A program made the translations under genes and the position numbers. Below the pieces are notes generated by a model, which was not told the origin of the DNA, made no database searches, and worked only from the letters and a program-made list of their open reading frames with translations. 21,156 nt of DNA from Gemmatimonadaceae bacterium (GTDB lineage Bacteria > Gemmatimonadota > Gemmatimonadetes > Gemmatimonadales > Gemmatimonadaceae): the NCBI GenBank assembly GCA_044224875.1, contig JBGAJQ010000082.1, positions 1 through 21,156 of the forward strand. Reading direction: 5' to 3'. Below are positions 8,541-17,684 of this stretch, in pieces. Numbering within the stretch: the first letter of the stretch is position 1; the number at the start of each line of letters is the position of its first letter.

Positions 8541-9248
8541 ATGAGCGCAGCCGGGACAGGACGATTTCGCGCCCTGCTGACTGCGGCACCGCGCACCGTC
8601 ATTGCCTTGCTGGGGGTGCTCGCTGTTTTGCTCACGGCGAACATCGTCGCCGCGGCGCGATGGCTGAGTTACCGGCGCGAGGTTGAACGCTTGCGCGCCG
8701 ATATGAGCGATGGCGAGCGCAATCGTGCTGACCTTGCGCTGCAGTCGGCGGAGAATCGGGCGAAAGTGATGGCCGAGCAGGTCCGTCGTCAGGCGCTGGC
8801 GGACCACGAGCTGCACCTCACCGTACAACTCGACAGCAACCGAATGCTGCTGGAGCGCGACGGCGTCGTGCTGCGCGAAATTCCGGTCGCGTTAGGGCGA
8901 ACGGGCCTCGTTGGCGTGCCACCCGATACGCATCAGGTTTCGCGTCTGCGCGGCGCGCGCGCAGTGTCGCGAGTGTTGGGACCATCCGACCTTTGGGACA
9001 TTCCCACATGGGTGTTCGCTGACCGCCAGGTGCCGATTCCCCCACCGGAGCAACGGCGCGAGAAAGGTGCACTGGGTCGCAGCGCCTTCGTGCTCGCCGA
9101 CGGCTCCCCGATTTATGCATTGCCGAGGGAGGGCGTGCTGGCTGACTCGTCGTACGTCATGCCAGGCGCCATACTCGTTCGCAGCGAAGACCTGCGAGCG
9201 ATTGCGCCAAACATCGCACCCGGCCTAACGGTGTATCTCTACGAATGA
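8541..9248 (+). CDS. Membrane-anchored L,D-transpeptidase (YkuD)-like protein lacking the catalytic His and Cys
   Basis: N-terminal TM segment and coiled-coil stalk. The C-terminal domain aligns by eye with the downstream LDT but has IYAL...VMPGAILV where that gene has ALHGT...VSHGCVRL. Confidence 0.75.
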   Translation: MSAAGTGRFRALLTAAPRTVIALLGVLAVLLTANIVAAARWLSYRREVERLRADMSDGERNRADLALQSAENRAKVMAEQVRRQALADHELHLTVQLDSNRMLLERDGVVLREIPVALGRTGLVGVPPDTHQVSRLRGARAVSRVLGPSDLWDIPTWVFADRQVPIPPPEQRREKGALGRSAFVLADGSPIYALPREGVLADSSYVMPGAILVRSEDLRAIAPNIAPGLTVYLYE

Positions 9249-10117
9249 CGAACGACGACTCGCGAGGTTCGACTCCCCCCGCAGGCAAGGGTCGCGCGCT
9301 AGTGGCGGCGCTGGCCGCCCTGTTGTTGGTGCTGACCGCGAGCTGCACCTGGCTCGTCCTGCTCGCCAGTCGCACGCGGCACGAGCGGGATGTGACGGCA
9401 GGGGTGCTGGACGAAGACCAGCGGCGGCTTGCAGACCTGCGACGCACCGCCTCCGCCACCGCCGATTCACTTGCCCAGGCGGTCTCGGCGTCGGTTGACT
9501 CCGTCGGCACCCGTCCGTTTATCGTCGTGAGCATCGCCGATCATCGGCTATGGTACCGTCAGGGTGACCGGGTGATCTACTCGACGCGTGTCGCCACCGG
9601 CAGCGGCAAGGTGCTGGCGAAGGAAGGAAGTAGCCAGTGGAAGTTCGAGACGCCCCGAGGGCGCTTGGTGGTCCAGAGCAAGGAGACGGACCCCACCTGG
9701 GTGCCGCCGGACTGGCATTACGTCGAAGTGGCGGCCAAGAAACACGTCAAGGTACAACCACTCACCAAGACCAAGCCCCTGGTGTTGGCTGACGGATCGC
9801 AGATCGCCGTGGAGGGGATGGAAATCGTTAGGCGGAGTGCCGACGGCACCATCGAACCGCTGGAGGGCGGCGAGGGACGCGAGCTGGTTGTGGAGGGGAA
9901 GGTCATCATGCCTCCCTTTGGCACCAATCAACGACGCTTCGCGGGGGTCGTGGGAACGCACCGCCTGAACCTCGGCGACGGGTATGCACTCCATGGAACC
10001 GACGTCCCGACTTCTATCGGCCAGTCGGTCAGCCACGGCTGTGTGCGCTTGCGCAACGAGGACATTGAGACACTGTTCCGTCTGGTCACGGTCGGAACAC
10101 CCGTCTACATTTACTGA
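9245..10117 (+). CDS. L,D-transpeptidase (YkuD/ErfK family), membrane-anchored
   Basis: Motifs IVVSIA..RL, VATG, TPRG, P.W.PP and the catalytic HGT-x-SHGCVRL (His250, Cys266), ending VGTPVYIY. ATGA overlap with the upstream gene. Confidence 0.93.
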   Translation: MTNDDSRGSTPPAGKGRALVAALAALLLVLTASCTWLVLLASRTRHERDVTAGVLDEDQRRLADLRRTASATADSLAQAVSASVDSVGTRPFIVVSIADHRLWYRQGDRVIYSTRVATGSGKVLAKEGSSQWKFETPRGRLVVQSKETDPTWVPPDWHYVEVAAKKHVKVQPLTKTKPLVLADGSQIAVEGMEIVRRSADGTIEPLEGGEGRELVVEGKVIMPPFGTNQRRFAGVVGTHRLNLGDGYALHGTDVPTSIGQSVSHGCVRLRNEDIETLFRLVTVGTPVYIY

Positions 10118-10318
10118 CCCTTCGCCAGGCCACCTCCCGGCTCCTCGCGAGGGACCGGGTGGGATGTACAGGGGTAGACGCGTGCCGGCTTAGGCCTTTC
10201 GCGCGTGTCCGCCGCCACGGGTTGGGTGTGCGATAACCACCGTCCGTGACCCCTTGGGGCCGCGATCCGTCCATCGACGGAGCAACGTTTTTCGCTTTCC
10301 GACAGACTAATTCGCGCA

Positions 10319-11245
10319 ATGCTCTCCATGCCTCGCTCAACACGTGGATGTCGGAGTCTGGCGGTCGCCGCGCTCGCGGCGATTGCGCTTGTCGCACCCG
10401 CGATTCAGGCACAGGAGAACAGCGACTCGACCGCCAACACTGCCGGTGCTGAAGTCACGGCCCCGATGCGCGGACGAAGCGGGAAGCTGCGTTTGGGCGT
10501 GGTTCGCGATTCCCATCCGGATGCCATCGGTATTCTGCAGCGGCTGTTCGGTGATTCGGCGGTGGACCGGCCCGGGATTTACACGATTCACGCCGATCCG
10601 ATCTCTCCGTTCTCCCTTGTCAGGCTGCTTCCGTTTGGCACGAAAGACCGCGGGCGTGTAGGGGATTATCGACTCGGACGCTGGCCGGCCGAAAAGCGTT
10701 CCCCACGCTCCGAGGCCTATGTGAATCCGGAAGGCTTCATTGTCGTCACCCCAGAGAATCAGGGCACGCAGATTTCCGATCACTTCCGATTGAGCGATTT
10801 CCTGACGCACAATCAAGAGTCGACGTGGCCCAAGTACCTGGTGCTCCGCGAGGCACTGATCGACAAGCTCGAACTGGTGATTGACCAGCTGAAATTGCGC
10901 GGCGTCCGCGCCGATCATGTTCGCGTGCTGTCCGGTTTCCGCACCCCAGAGTACAACCAGCAGGGCGTTGGTCGTGGCGGACGTGCCCGCGACAGCCGAC
11001 ACCAATTCGGCGATGCCGCGGACATCTTCATCGACAGCAATGGTGATGGTCGAATGGACGACCTGAACCACGACGGGCGGGTCAACACCAAGGACGCCAA
11101 GGTGCTGATGCAGGCGGTGGAGCAGGTTGAACAGGATCATCCAGACCTGATCGGCGGGGCGGGGTTGTACCGCGCCACGCGCTCGCACGGACCGTTTGTG
11201 CACGTGGATGTGCGCGGCAATCGCGCGCGTTGGAGCCGCGGGTAG
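10319..11245 (+). CDS. Secreted peptidase M15A family Zn-metallopeptidase (YcbK/MepK-like) with DxDxDG-like loops
   Basis: Signal peptide ...AIQA-Q, HFRLSDF, SGFRTPEYN, SRHQFGDAAD and FVHVDVRG. The start may be the ATG at 10328 instead. Confidence 0.88.
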   Translation: MLSMPRSTRGCRSLAVAALAAIALVAPAIQAQENSDSTANTAGAEVTAPMRGRSGKLRLGVVRDSHPDAIGILQRLFGDSAVDRPGIYTIHADPISPFSLVRLLPFGTKDRGRVGDYRLGRWPAEKRSPRSEAYVNPEGFIVVTPENQGTQISDHFRLSDFLTHNQESTWPKYLVLREALIDKLELVIDQLKLRGVRADHVRVLSGFRTPEYNQQGVGRGGRARDSRHQFGDAADIFIDSNGDGRMDDLNHDGRVNTKDAKVLMQAVEQVEQDHPDLIGGAGLYRATRSHGPFVHVDVRGNRARWSRG

Positions 11246-12255
11246 TGGTATCCACCCACGTTAGGCGCCGCGCTCACGACGCGCGCCAACGCCGGATCTC
11301 ACTCCTCATCTTCAGCATCGCCGCGCTCGCATACATCGCCTTCCTGCGGCCCGCGTCCGGCCTCGATGGCCTGCGCACCGCGTCATTCCGCCAGCCCCCA
11401 GCGGTACCGGCGATGAATGCCTATGGACGCAGTGGCCGGGTCCACATGCGTTTTTCGCTGCCCTCACAGCCGGTTGAATTTCCGCTCGAAGTCGCTGGCG
11501 ATCCGGCGCAGCTGACGTATTCGTGGCTTCCGTTGCGAAGTGGCCGCGCGACCGAGCCTTCTTCTCTCGCGGGCGCGATCCTCGCCCCGACGGAGCCGGG
11601 CTTCTACCGACTCGCGGTGTTAGGCGATAGTTCGTTCCGCGTGTTCGACGACCTTCCGTTGGCCGTGATGGTTCCGTTCAAGGAGAAGTCAGGGTCCACA
11701 TTGAACGGTTATCGAATCGGACGCTATCGAGCGGAACGCCGCCCGGAAGTGGCGGAACCAGCTCCGCTAGGCTTCCTCCAAATTGACGCCGCGGACCTCG
11801 ACATTCCCCTGAGCGCTCACCTGCAGCTGGCCGACTTCGTCACACACGACGGCCAGTCCGTGTGGCCGCGCTATGCAGCACTCGATCCTCGTTTACTAGA
11901 CAAGCTTGAGCTGGTCTTTGACCTCCTTTCTTCGCCGTCTAGCCAATCGCGTCCTGGAGGCCGGGGTGTTCAAGTGGACGTGCATTCCGGATTTCGCACG
12001 CCACTGTACAACCGCCGAGTGGCGCGGGCTGCCAGCGATAGTCGCCACCAGTACGGCGATGCTGCGGATATCGCCGTTGATGCGAATCACGACGGCCGCG
12101 TGAATGCCAGCGATGCCCGCTTGGTGGCCTCCGCCGTTGAGGCGGTGGAGAAGGAACATCCAGACCTGGTGGGCGGACTGGGGATCTACACGCGCAACGG
12201 TGCGCCGTACGTCCATGTCGACGCGCGCGGTACTCGCGCGCGCTGGAGAGGCTGA
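11245..12255 (+). CDS. Second peptidase M15A family Zn-metallopeptidase, N-terminally membrane-anchored
   Basis: GTG at 11245 overlaps the upstream TAG, with GGAG at 11232-11235. Basic N-terminus plus TM segment. Motifs SGFRTPLYN, SRHQYGDAAD and YVHVDARG. Confidence 0.88.
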   Translation: MVSTHVRRRAHDARQRRISLLIFSIAALAYIAFLRPASGLDGLRTASFRQPPAVPAMNAYGRSGRVHMRFSLPSQPVEFPLEVAGDPAQLTYSWLPLRSGRATEPSSLAGAILAPTEPGFYRLAVLGDSSFRVFDDLPLAVMVPFKEKSGSTLNGYRIGRYRAERRPEVAEPAPLGFLQIDAADLDIPLSAHLQLADFVTHDGQSVWPRYAALDPRLLDKLELVFDLLSSPSSQSRPGGRGVQVDVHSGFRTPLYNRRVARAASDSRHQYGDAADIAVDANHDGRVNASDARLVASAVEAVEKEHPDLVGGLGIYTRNGAPYVHVDARGTRARWRG

Positions 12256-12360
12256 GCGGCCCCTAGGGCCAGCGCTGTCACAATCTCCGCCGGCCGCCGT
12301 AGTTTTCGGCAGCTCCATCGCTCGCGCTCCCGCCCGAGCGACTCATCCAACGGCCGAGAC

Positions 12361-12813
12361 ATGAACGCCTCCCTCCGAGATCGTATCGTTCGCAAGATCG
12401 AAACCCTTTCCGACGAGCGCGGTTACCAGGTCCTCGACTACGTCGAGTTTCTGGAGTCGAAGTATGCCGAACGACAGGCGGCGTCGCCCTCCATCTTCCA
12501 GCGTTTTGCCGAAGGGGTGGAGGACACGTTGCGCGCCGGGCGCGTCTCGACAACGGCGGTGGCCGAGACGATGTCCCTCTTGAATCGAGCAATGGGCGTG
12601 CTGTCGGGCGTTGCGGCTGCCGGCAAGTCCGTGGCGACGGACATCGCTTCCGCCGCCACGGCCGCGACGGCGGCGGCGACCAAGACCGTGACCGGGCCGG
12701 GAACATCGGCGACCGCCGCGGATACTACGTCGGCGTCCCCGGACGCATCAGCTCCAGCGCCCCGGCGCGAAGGCGACTCGGGGACTCCCTCTTCTCAGCA
12801 GGATTCGCAATGA
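12361..12813 (+). CDS. Hypothetical protein with DUF2281-like N-terminus and Ala/Thr/Ser-rich low-complexity tail
   Basis: IETLSDERGYQVLDYVEFLESKY resembles the DUF2281 'L....QEVLDF.EFL..K' pattern. Fills the gap between genes and has an ATGA overlap with the next gene. Confidence 0.7.
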   Translation: MNASLRDRIVRKIETLSDERGYQVLDYVEFLESKYAERQAASPSIFQRFAEGVEDTLRAGRVSTTAVAETMSLLNRAMGVLSGVAAAGKSVATDIASAATAATAAATKTVTGPGTSATAADTTSASPDASAPAPRREGDSGTPSSQQDSQ

Positions 12814-13262
12814 CTGGGTGGTCTACTCCGGCACTCGATGGGCCGCATTCAGGTGACGTTAGGCAGTTGGGCGAAAGCCGTGTCAGTGCGCCGCAGCGCC
12901 TCTCCGTGCTCGGACGGCTGCTCGAGTATTTGCGCCTCGTCGGCCGTCTCATGGTGGATGCGCGCGTGTCAGTATTCGACCGCTTGATCGTACTCGCGGC
13001 CGTCGCCTACGTGATCTCGCCGATCGACATCATTCCCGACGTTCTCCCCTTTATTGGTGAAGTGGACGACGTGGTGGTGCTGATTGCCGCGGTGACGCGT
13101 CTCTTCGAGCACGCGGGGCGGCAAGTCGTTCTGTCCCATTGGCGTGGAGATCCTGACCAGCTCGATGCCGGCTGGCTCAAGAAATTGGCCTTCGTTTTTT
13201 CCGTCTTCTTCCCCAAGGCATCGCGTCAGCGGCTACGCCGATTTGCCCGAGGCAAGGCCTGA
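12810..13262 (+). CDS. YkvA / DUF1232 family membrane protein
   Basis: Signature AYVISPIDIIPDVLPFIGEVDD. Confidence 0.9.
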   Translation: MTGWSTPALDGPHSGDVRQLGESRVSAPQRLSVLGRLLEYLRLVGRLMVDARVSVFDRLIVLAAVAYVISPIDIIPDVLPFIGEVDDVVVLIAAVTRLFEHAGRQVVLSHWRGDPDQLDAGWLKKLAFVFSVFFPKASRQRLRRFARGKA

Positions 13263-13269
13263 TTCTCAC

Positions 13270-14851
<1,582 letters not shown>

Positions 14852-14914
14852 TTTCGCTCGGCGGTGCTTGACAAGTCCAAGTTCTGAGCTGACTTTGGCC
14901 GCTTCAACTTCCAG

Positions 14915-14943
14915 ACGGCAGCGCGTGACGTCGCTGCCGTTTC
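14915..14943 (+). terminator. GC hairpin downstream of guaB (terminator or leader structure)
   Basis: acggcagcg (14915-23) pairs with cgctgccgt (14932-40), followed by a short ttc. Confidence 0.5.
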
Positions 14944-14976
14944 GGCCATCATGACGCCACTCGCGGAGTTCGCCTT

Positions 14977-16497
14977 ATGGGGCTTTGGTCCACCAAAAGC
15001 TTGACGCTGTTGATGAAGGAGGCGGAGGGGGGGCACGATGAGCCGGTATTGAAGCGCTCACTCGGTGCACTGAACCTCACGCTTCTTGGCATCGGCGCGA
15101 TCATCGGAGCCGGCATCTTCGTCCTTACGGGGACGGCCGCCGCGCAGTACGCTGGACCATCCATCGTCTACTCGTTCATCATCGCCGGTATGGCCTGCGG
15201 ATTCGCGGGGCTATGCTACGCCGAGTTTGCGTCGATGATTCCGATTGCTGGTTCGGCGTACACGTACGGGTATGCGACGTTAGGCGAATTGGTCGCCTGG
15301 ATCATCGGCTGGGACCTCATCCTCGAGTACCTGTTCGCCGCGGCCACGGTATCGGTCGGGTGGTCTGGCTACTTCACGGAGTTCATGGCGCAGCTCGGAC
15401 TCCGCATTCCGCACCAGTTCACCTCGGCGCCCTTTACGGTCGAAGGGACGCACACGCTGGTGCGATCGATGCTCTGCGTGGATCCGGCAACGAACGCGCT
15501 AATCACCGGCGCCTGCCCAGCCACGGCGACCCAGGTGGCCGGCGTTTTAAACGTCCCCGCCATGGCCTTGGTCGCGCTGCTGACCATGCTGCTGGTCGTC
15601 GGCATTCAGGAGTCCGCCACCTTCAACAACATCGCGGTCATCATCAAGCTTTCGATCGTGGTGCTGGTGATCGGGTTTGGTTTCATGTACGTCAACTCCG
15701 CCAACTGGCATCCATTTGTGCCGGAAGCGCAAGGCGACGGGAAGTACGGGTTCAGCGGCATCATGCGTGGTGCCGGGGTGATCTTCTTCGCCTACATAGG
15801 ATTCGATGCGGTGTCCACTGCCGCGCAGGAAGCGAAGAATCCACAACGTGACTTGCCCGTTGGCATCCTCGCGTCGCTGGCCATCTGTACCGTGCTCTAC
15901 ATCCTCATGGCTCTGGTCATGACGGGGCTGGCGCCGTACCAGGAACTGAATGTGCCGCACCCGGTGTTCGTTGCCATCGAGAAGGCCGGCCCCTCGCTGA
16001 AGTGGTTGACCTACCTCATCAACATCGGTGCGATCGCCGGGCTGGCGTCGGTGGTGCTCGTTATGCTCCTCGGACAGCCGCGCATCTTCTACGCGATGGC
16101 GCGCGACGGCCTGCTCCCGAAGATTTTTGGGAAGGTGCACCCGAAGTTCCAGACGCCGTATCTCGCCACCATCATCACTGGCACGGTGGCGGGCATCGTC
16201 GGCGGTCTCTTCCCAATCGGATTGCTCGGCGAGTTGGTGTCGATCGGAACGCTGTTGGCATTTGCTATCGTGAGCGGCGGAGTGCTCGTGCTCAGGTACA
16301 AGCGCCCGGAGCTCGAGCGGCCCTTCAGGACACCGATGGTCCCGCTCGTGCCAATTCTGGCCATCGTCTTCTGTGGCTACCTCATGAAGAGCCTTCCCAC
16401 GGATACTTGGCTGCGGCTCATCATCTGGATGGCGTTGGGGCTGTTGATCTACTTCACGTTCGGCAAGAGCAACTCCAAGTTGGCGAACGAGCCGTAG
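14977..16497 (+). CDS. APC-superfamily amino acid permease (cationic amino acid transporter-like)
   Basis: Motifs GIGAIIGAGIF, CYAEFAS..P.AGSAYTY, FFAYIGFD, AQEAKNPQRD and MARDGLLP; about 12 hydrophobic segments; GGAG RBS. Confidence 0.96.
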   Translation: MGLWSTKSLTLLMKEAEGGHDEPVLKRSLGALNLTLLGIGAIIGAGIFVLTGTAAAQYAGPSIVYSFIIAGMACGFAGLCYAEFASMIPIAGSAYTYGYATLGELVAWIIGWDLILEYLFAAATVSVGWSGYFTEFMAQLGLRIPHQFTSAPFTVEGTHTLVRSMLCVDPATNALITGACPATATQVAGVLNVPAMALVALLTMLLVVGIQESATFNNIAVIIKLSIVVLVIGFGFMYVNSANWHPFVPEAQGDGKYGFSGIMRGAGVIFFAYIGFDAVSTAAQEAKNPQRDLPVGILASLAICTVLYILMALVMTGLAPYQELNVPHPVFVAIEKAGPSLKWLTYLINIGAIAGLASVVLVMLLGQPRIFYAMARDGLLPKIFGKVHPKFQTPYLATIITGTVAGIVGGLFPIGLLGELVSIGTLLAFAIVSGGVLVLRYKRPELERPFRTPMVPLVPILAIVFCGYLMKSLPTDTWLRLIIWMALGLLIYFTFGKSNSKLANEP

Positions 16498-16538
16498 CTC
16501 CATGGCAATCGGCTTCGGCCGCCAGTCCGATTAGGTTT

Positions 16539-16573
16539 CAGCGGCGCCCGGGTATGGGCGCCGCTGCCTTTTT
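16539..16573 (+). terminator. Rho-independent terminator
   Basis: 11-bp stem cagcggcgccc / gggcgccgctg with a 6-nt loop, followed by ccttttt. Confidence 0.75.
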
Positions 16574-16591
16574 CCCGAATCACCCCATCGC

Positions 16592-17641
16592 ATGAACGAC
16601 TTGCTCGCGGTGGCCCCGGAACGCCGGGAAGCCATTGCGCGAATCGCACGAACGCTGGAAGGCGCGAAACGCGTTGCGATTACCACGCACATCAACGCCG
16701 ATGGTGACGCGGCCGGTTCGGTTGCCGCGCTGGCGGGGCTACTCCCGCAAATTGGCATTGAGGCTCGAATCGTCAACCCGACACCGTGGCCAGGCGTCTT
16801 TGCCTTCCTGCTGGATGGCGGACTCAAGGACTGGTCGGCGAAGGGTGCTGTTGCACTGAACGGCGTGGACGCACTGGTGGCCCTGGACGTGAGCGACATG
16901 AAGCGGCTCGGGCATCTGGCGGACGCTGTGCGCGGTCTTCGCATCCCCCGGATTGTCATCGATCATCACGTGCCGACGGACGAACCCGCCGGCGAACTCC
17001 TGTTGGACGACACCAAGGCCTGTGCGACGGGCGAGCTCGTGTATGACTTCGCCTCGGTGTTGGGGCTGACGATCACGGCTCCGGTGGCCCACGCGCTGTA
17101 TTGCGCGATCCTGACCGACACCGGGGGATTCCGTTACAGCAACACCACGCCGCGGTGTCACGCCGTCGCCGCCGCACTGCTGAGTTTTGGCGTCGACCCC
17201 GAGGAGACGTATCGTCGGATCTACGCGTCCGTGTCACCGGGACGATTGCATCTCCTTCGCGACGCGCTCAATTCGCTTGGCGTCGACGAGCCTCACGGTA
17301 TTTCGTGGATTTGCGTGACGGCCGACGCACTCGAGCGATACGAAGTGAGTCCTGAAGATCTCGATGGCATTGTCGAGCACCCTCGCTCGATCGCCGGAAC
17401 CCGATTGGCGTTGTTCTTCCGCGACCTCGGCTACGGAAAGGTCAAGGTGTCCTTTCGGTCGACTGGGGATGTGGACGTGAACCTCTTCGCGCGGCAATTC
17501 GGCGGTGGTGGACACGCCAAGGCATCGGGTGCGTTGATTGCCGGTTCCCTGGATCAAGTGCGGGATCGCGTGGTTGACGCGGCTCGCGATTTTGTCGGCG
17601 TGCTGCCTGGCTACACGGCCAGCGGTCACGTGGCCGGGTGA
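16592..17641 (+). CDS. nrnA: DHH/DHHA1 phosphoesterase (bifunctional nanoRNase / pAp phosphatase NrnA-like)
   Basis: Motifs THINADGDAAGS, IDHH, TDTGGF, KVSFRS and GGGGH..ASG. Confidence 0.9.
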   Translation: MNDLLAVAPERREAIARIARTLEGAKRVAITTHINADGDAAGSVAALAGLLPQIGIEARIVNPTPWPGVFAFLLDGGLKDWSAKGAVALNGVDALVALDVSDMKRLGHLADAVRGLRIPRIVIDHHVPTDEPAGELLLDDTKACATGELVYDFASVLGLTITAPVAHALYCAILTDTGGFRYSNTTPRCHAVAAALLSFGVDPEETYRRIYASVSPGRLHLLRDALNSLGVDEPHGISWICVTADALERYEVSPEDLDGIVEHPRSIAGTRLALFFRDLGYGKVKVSFRSTGDVDVNLFARQFGGGGHAKASGALIAGSLDQVRDRVVDAARDFVGVLPGYTASGHVAG

Positions 17642-17684
17642 ACACGATGTGGATCGCGCCGCAAACGCCGTCTTGGAGTCGTCG

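Noticed and set aside
8541..9248. Upstream LDT-like gene as a pseudogene
   Set aside because: No stops or frameshifts, full-length fold elements and an intact ATGA coupling. A pseudoenzyme fits better.
10337..11203. 288-aa antisense ORF over the first M15A gene
   Set aside because: Shadow ORF expected from high-GC codon bias; no recognisable motifs.
12640..12760. GCC/ACG-rich quasi-repeats (also 495-525)
   Set aside because: They encode Ala/Thr-rich linkers and have no fixed repeat unit or spacer structure, so they are not a CRISPR array or tandem repeat.
15547..16503. 318-aa antisense ORF over the permease
   Set aside because: Antisense shadow of a hydrophobic, GC3-rich gene; no independent coding evidence.
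17538..17684. Long N-terminal extensions given by the ORF track (mrp 17538; also 296, 6997, 8448, 11230, 13283, 20116)
   Set aside because: Downstream starts have an RBS, a stop/start overlap, a promoter or a better-placed signal/TM segment, and most extensions overlap neighbouring genes.
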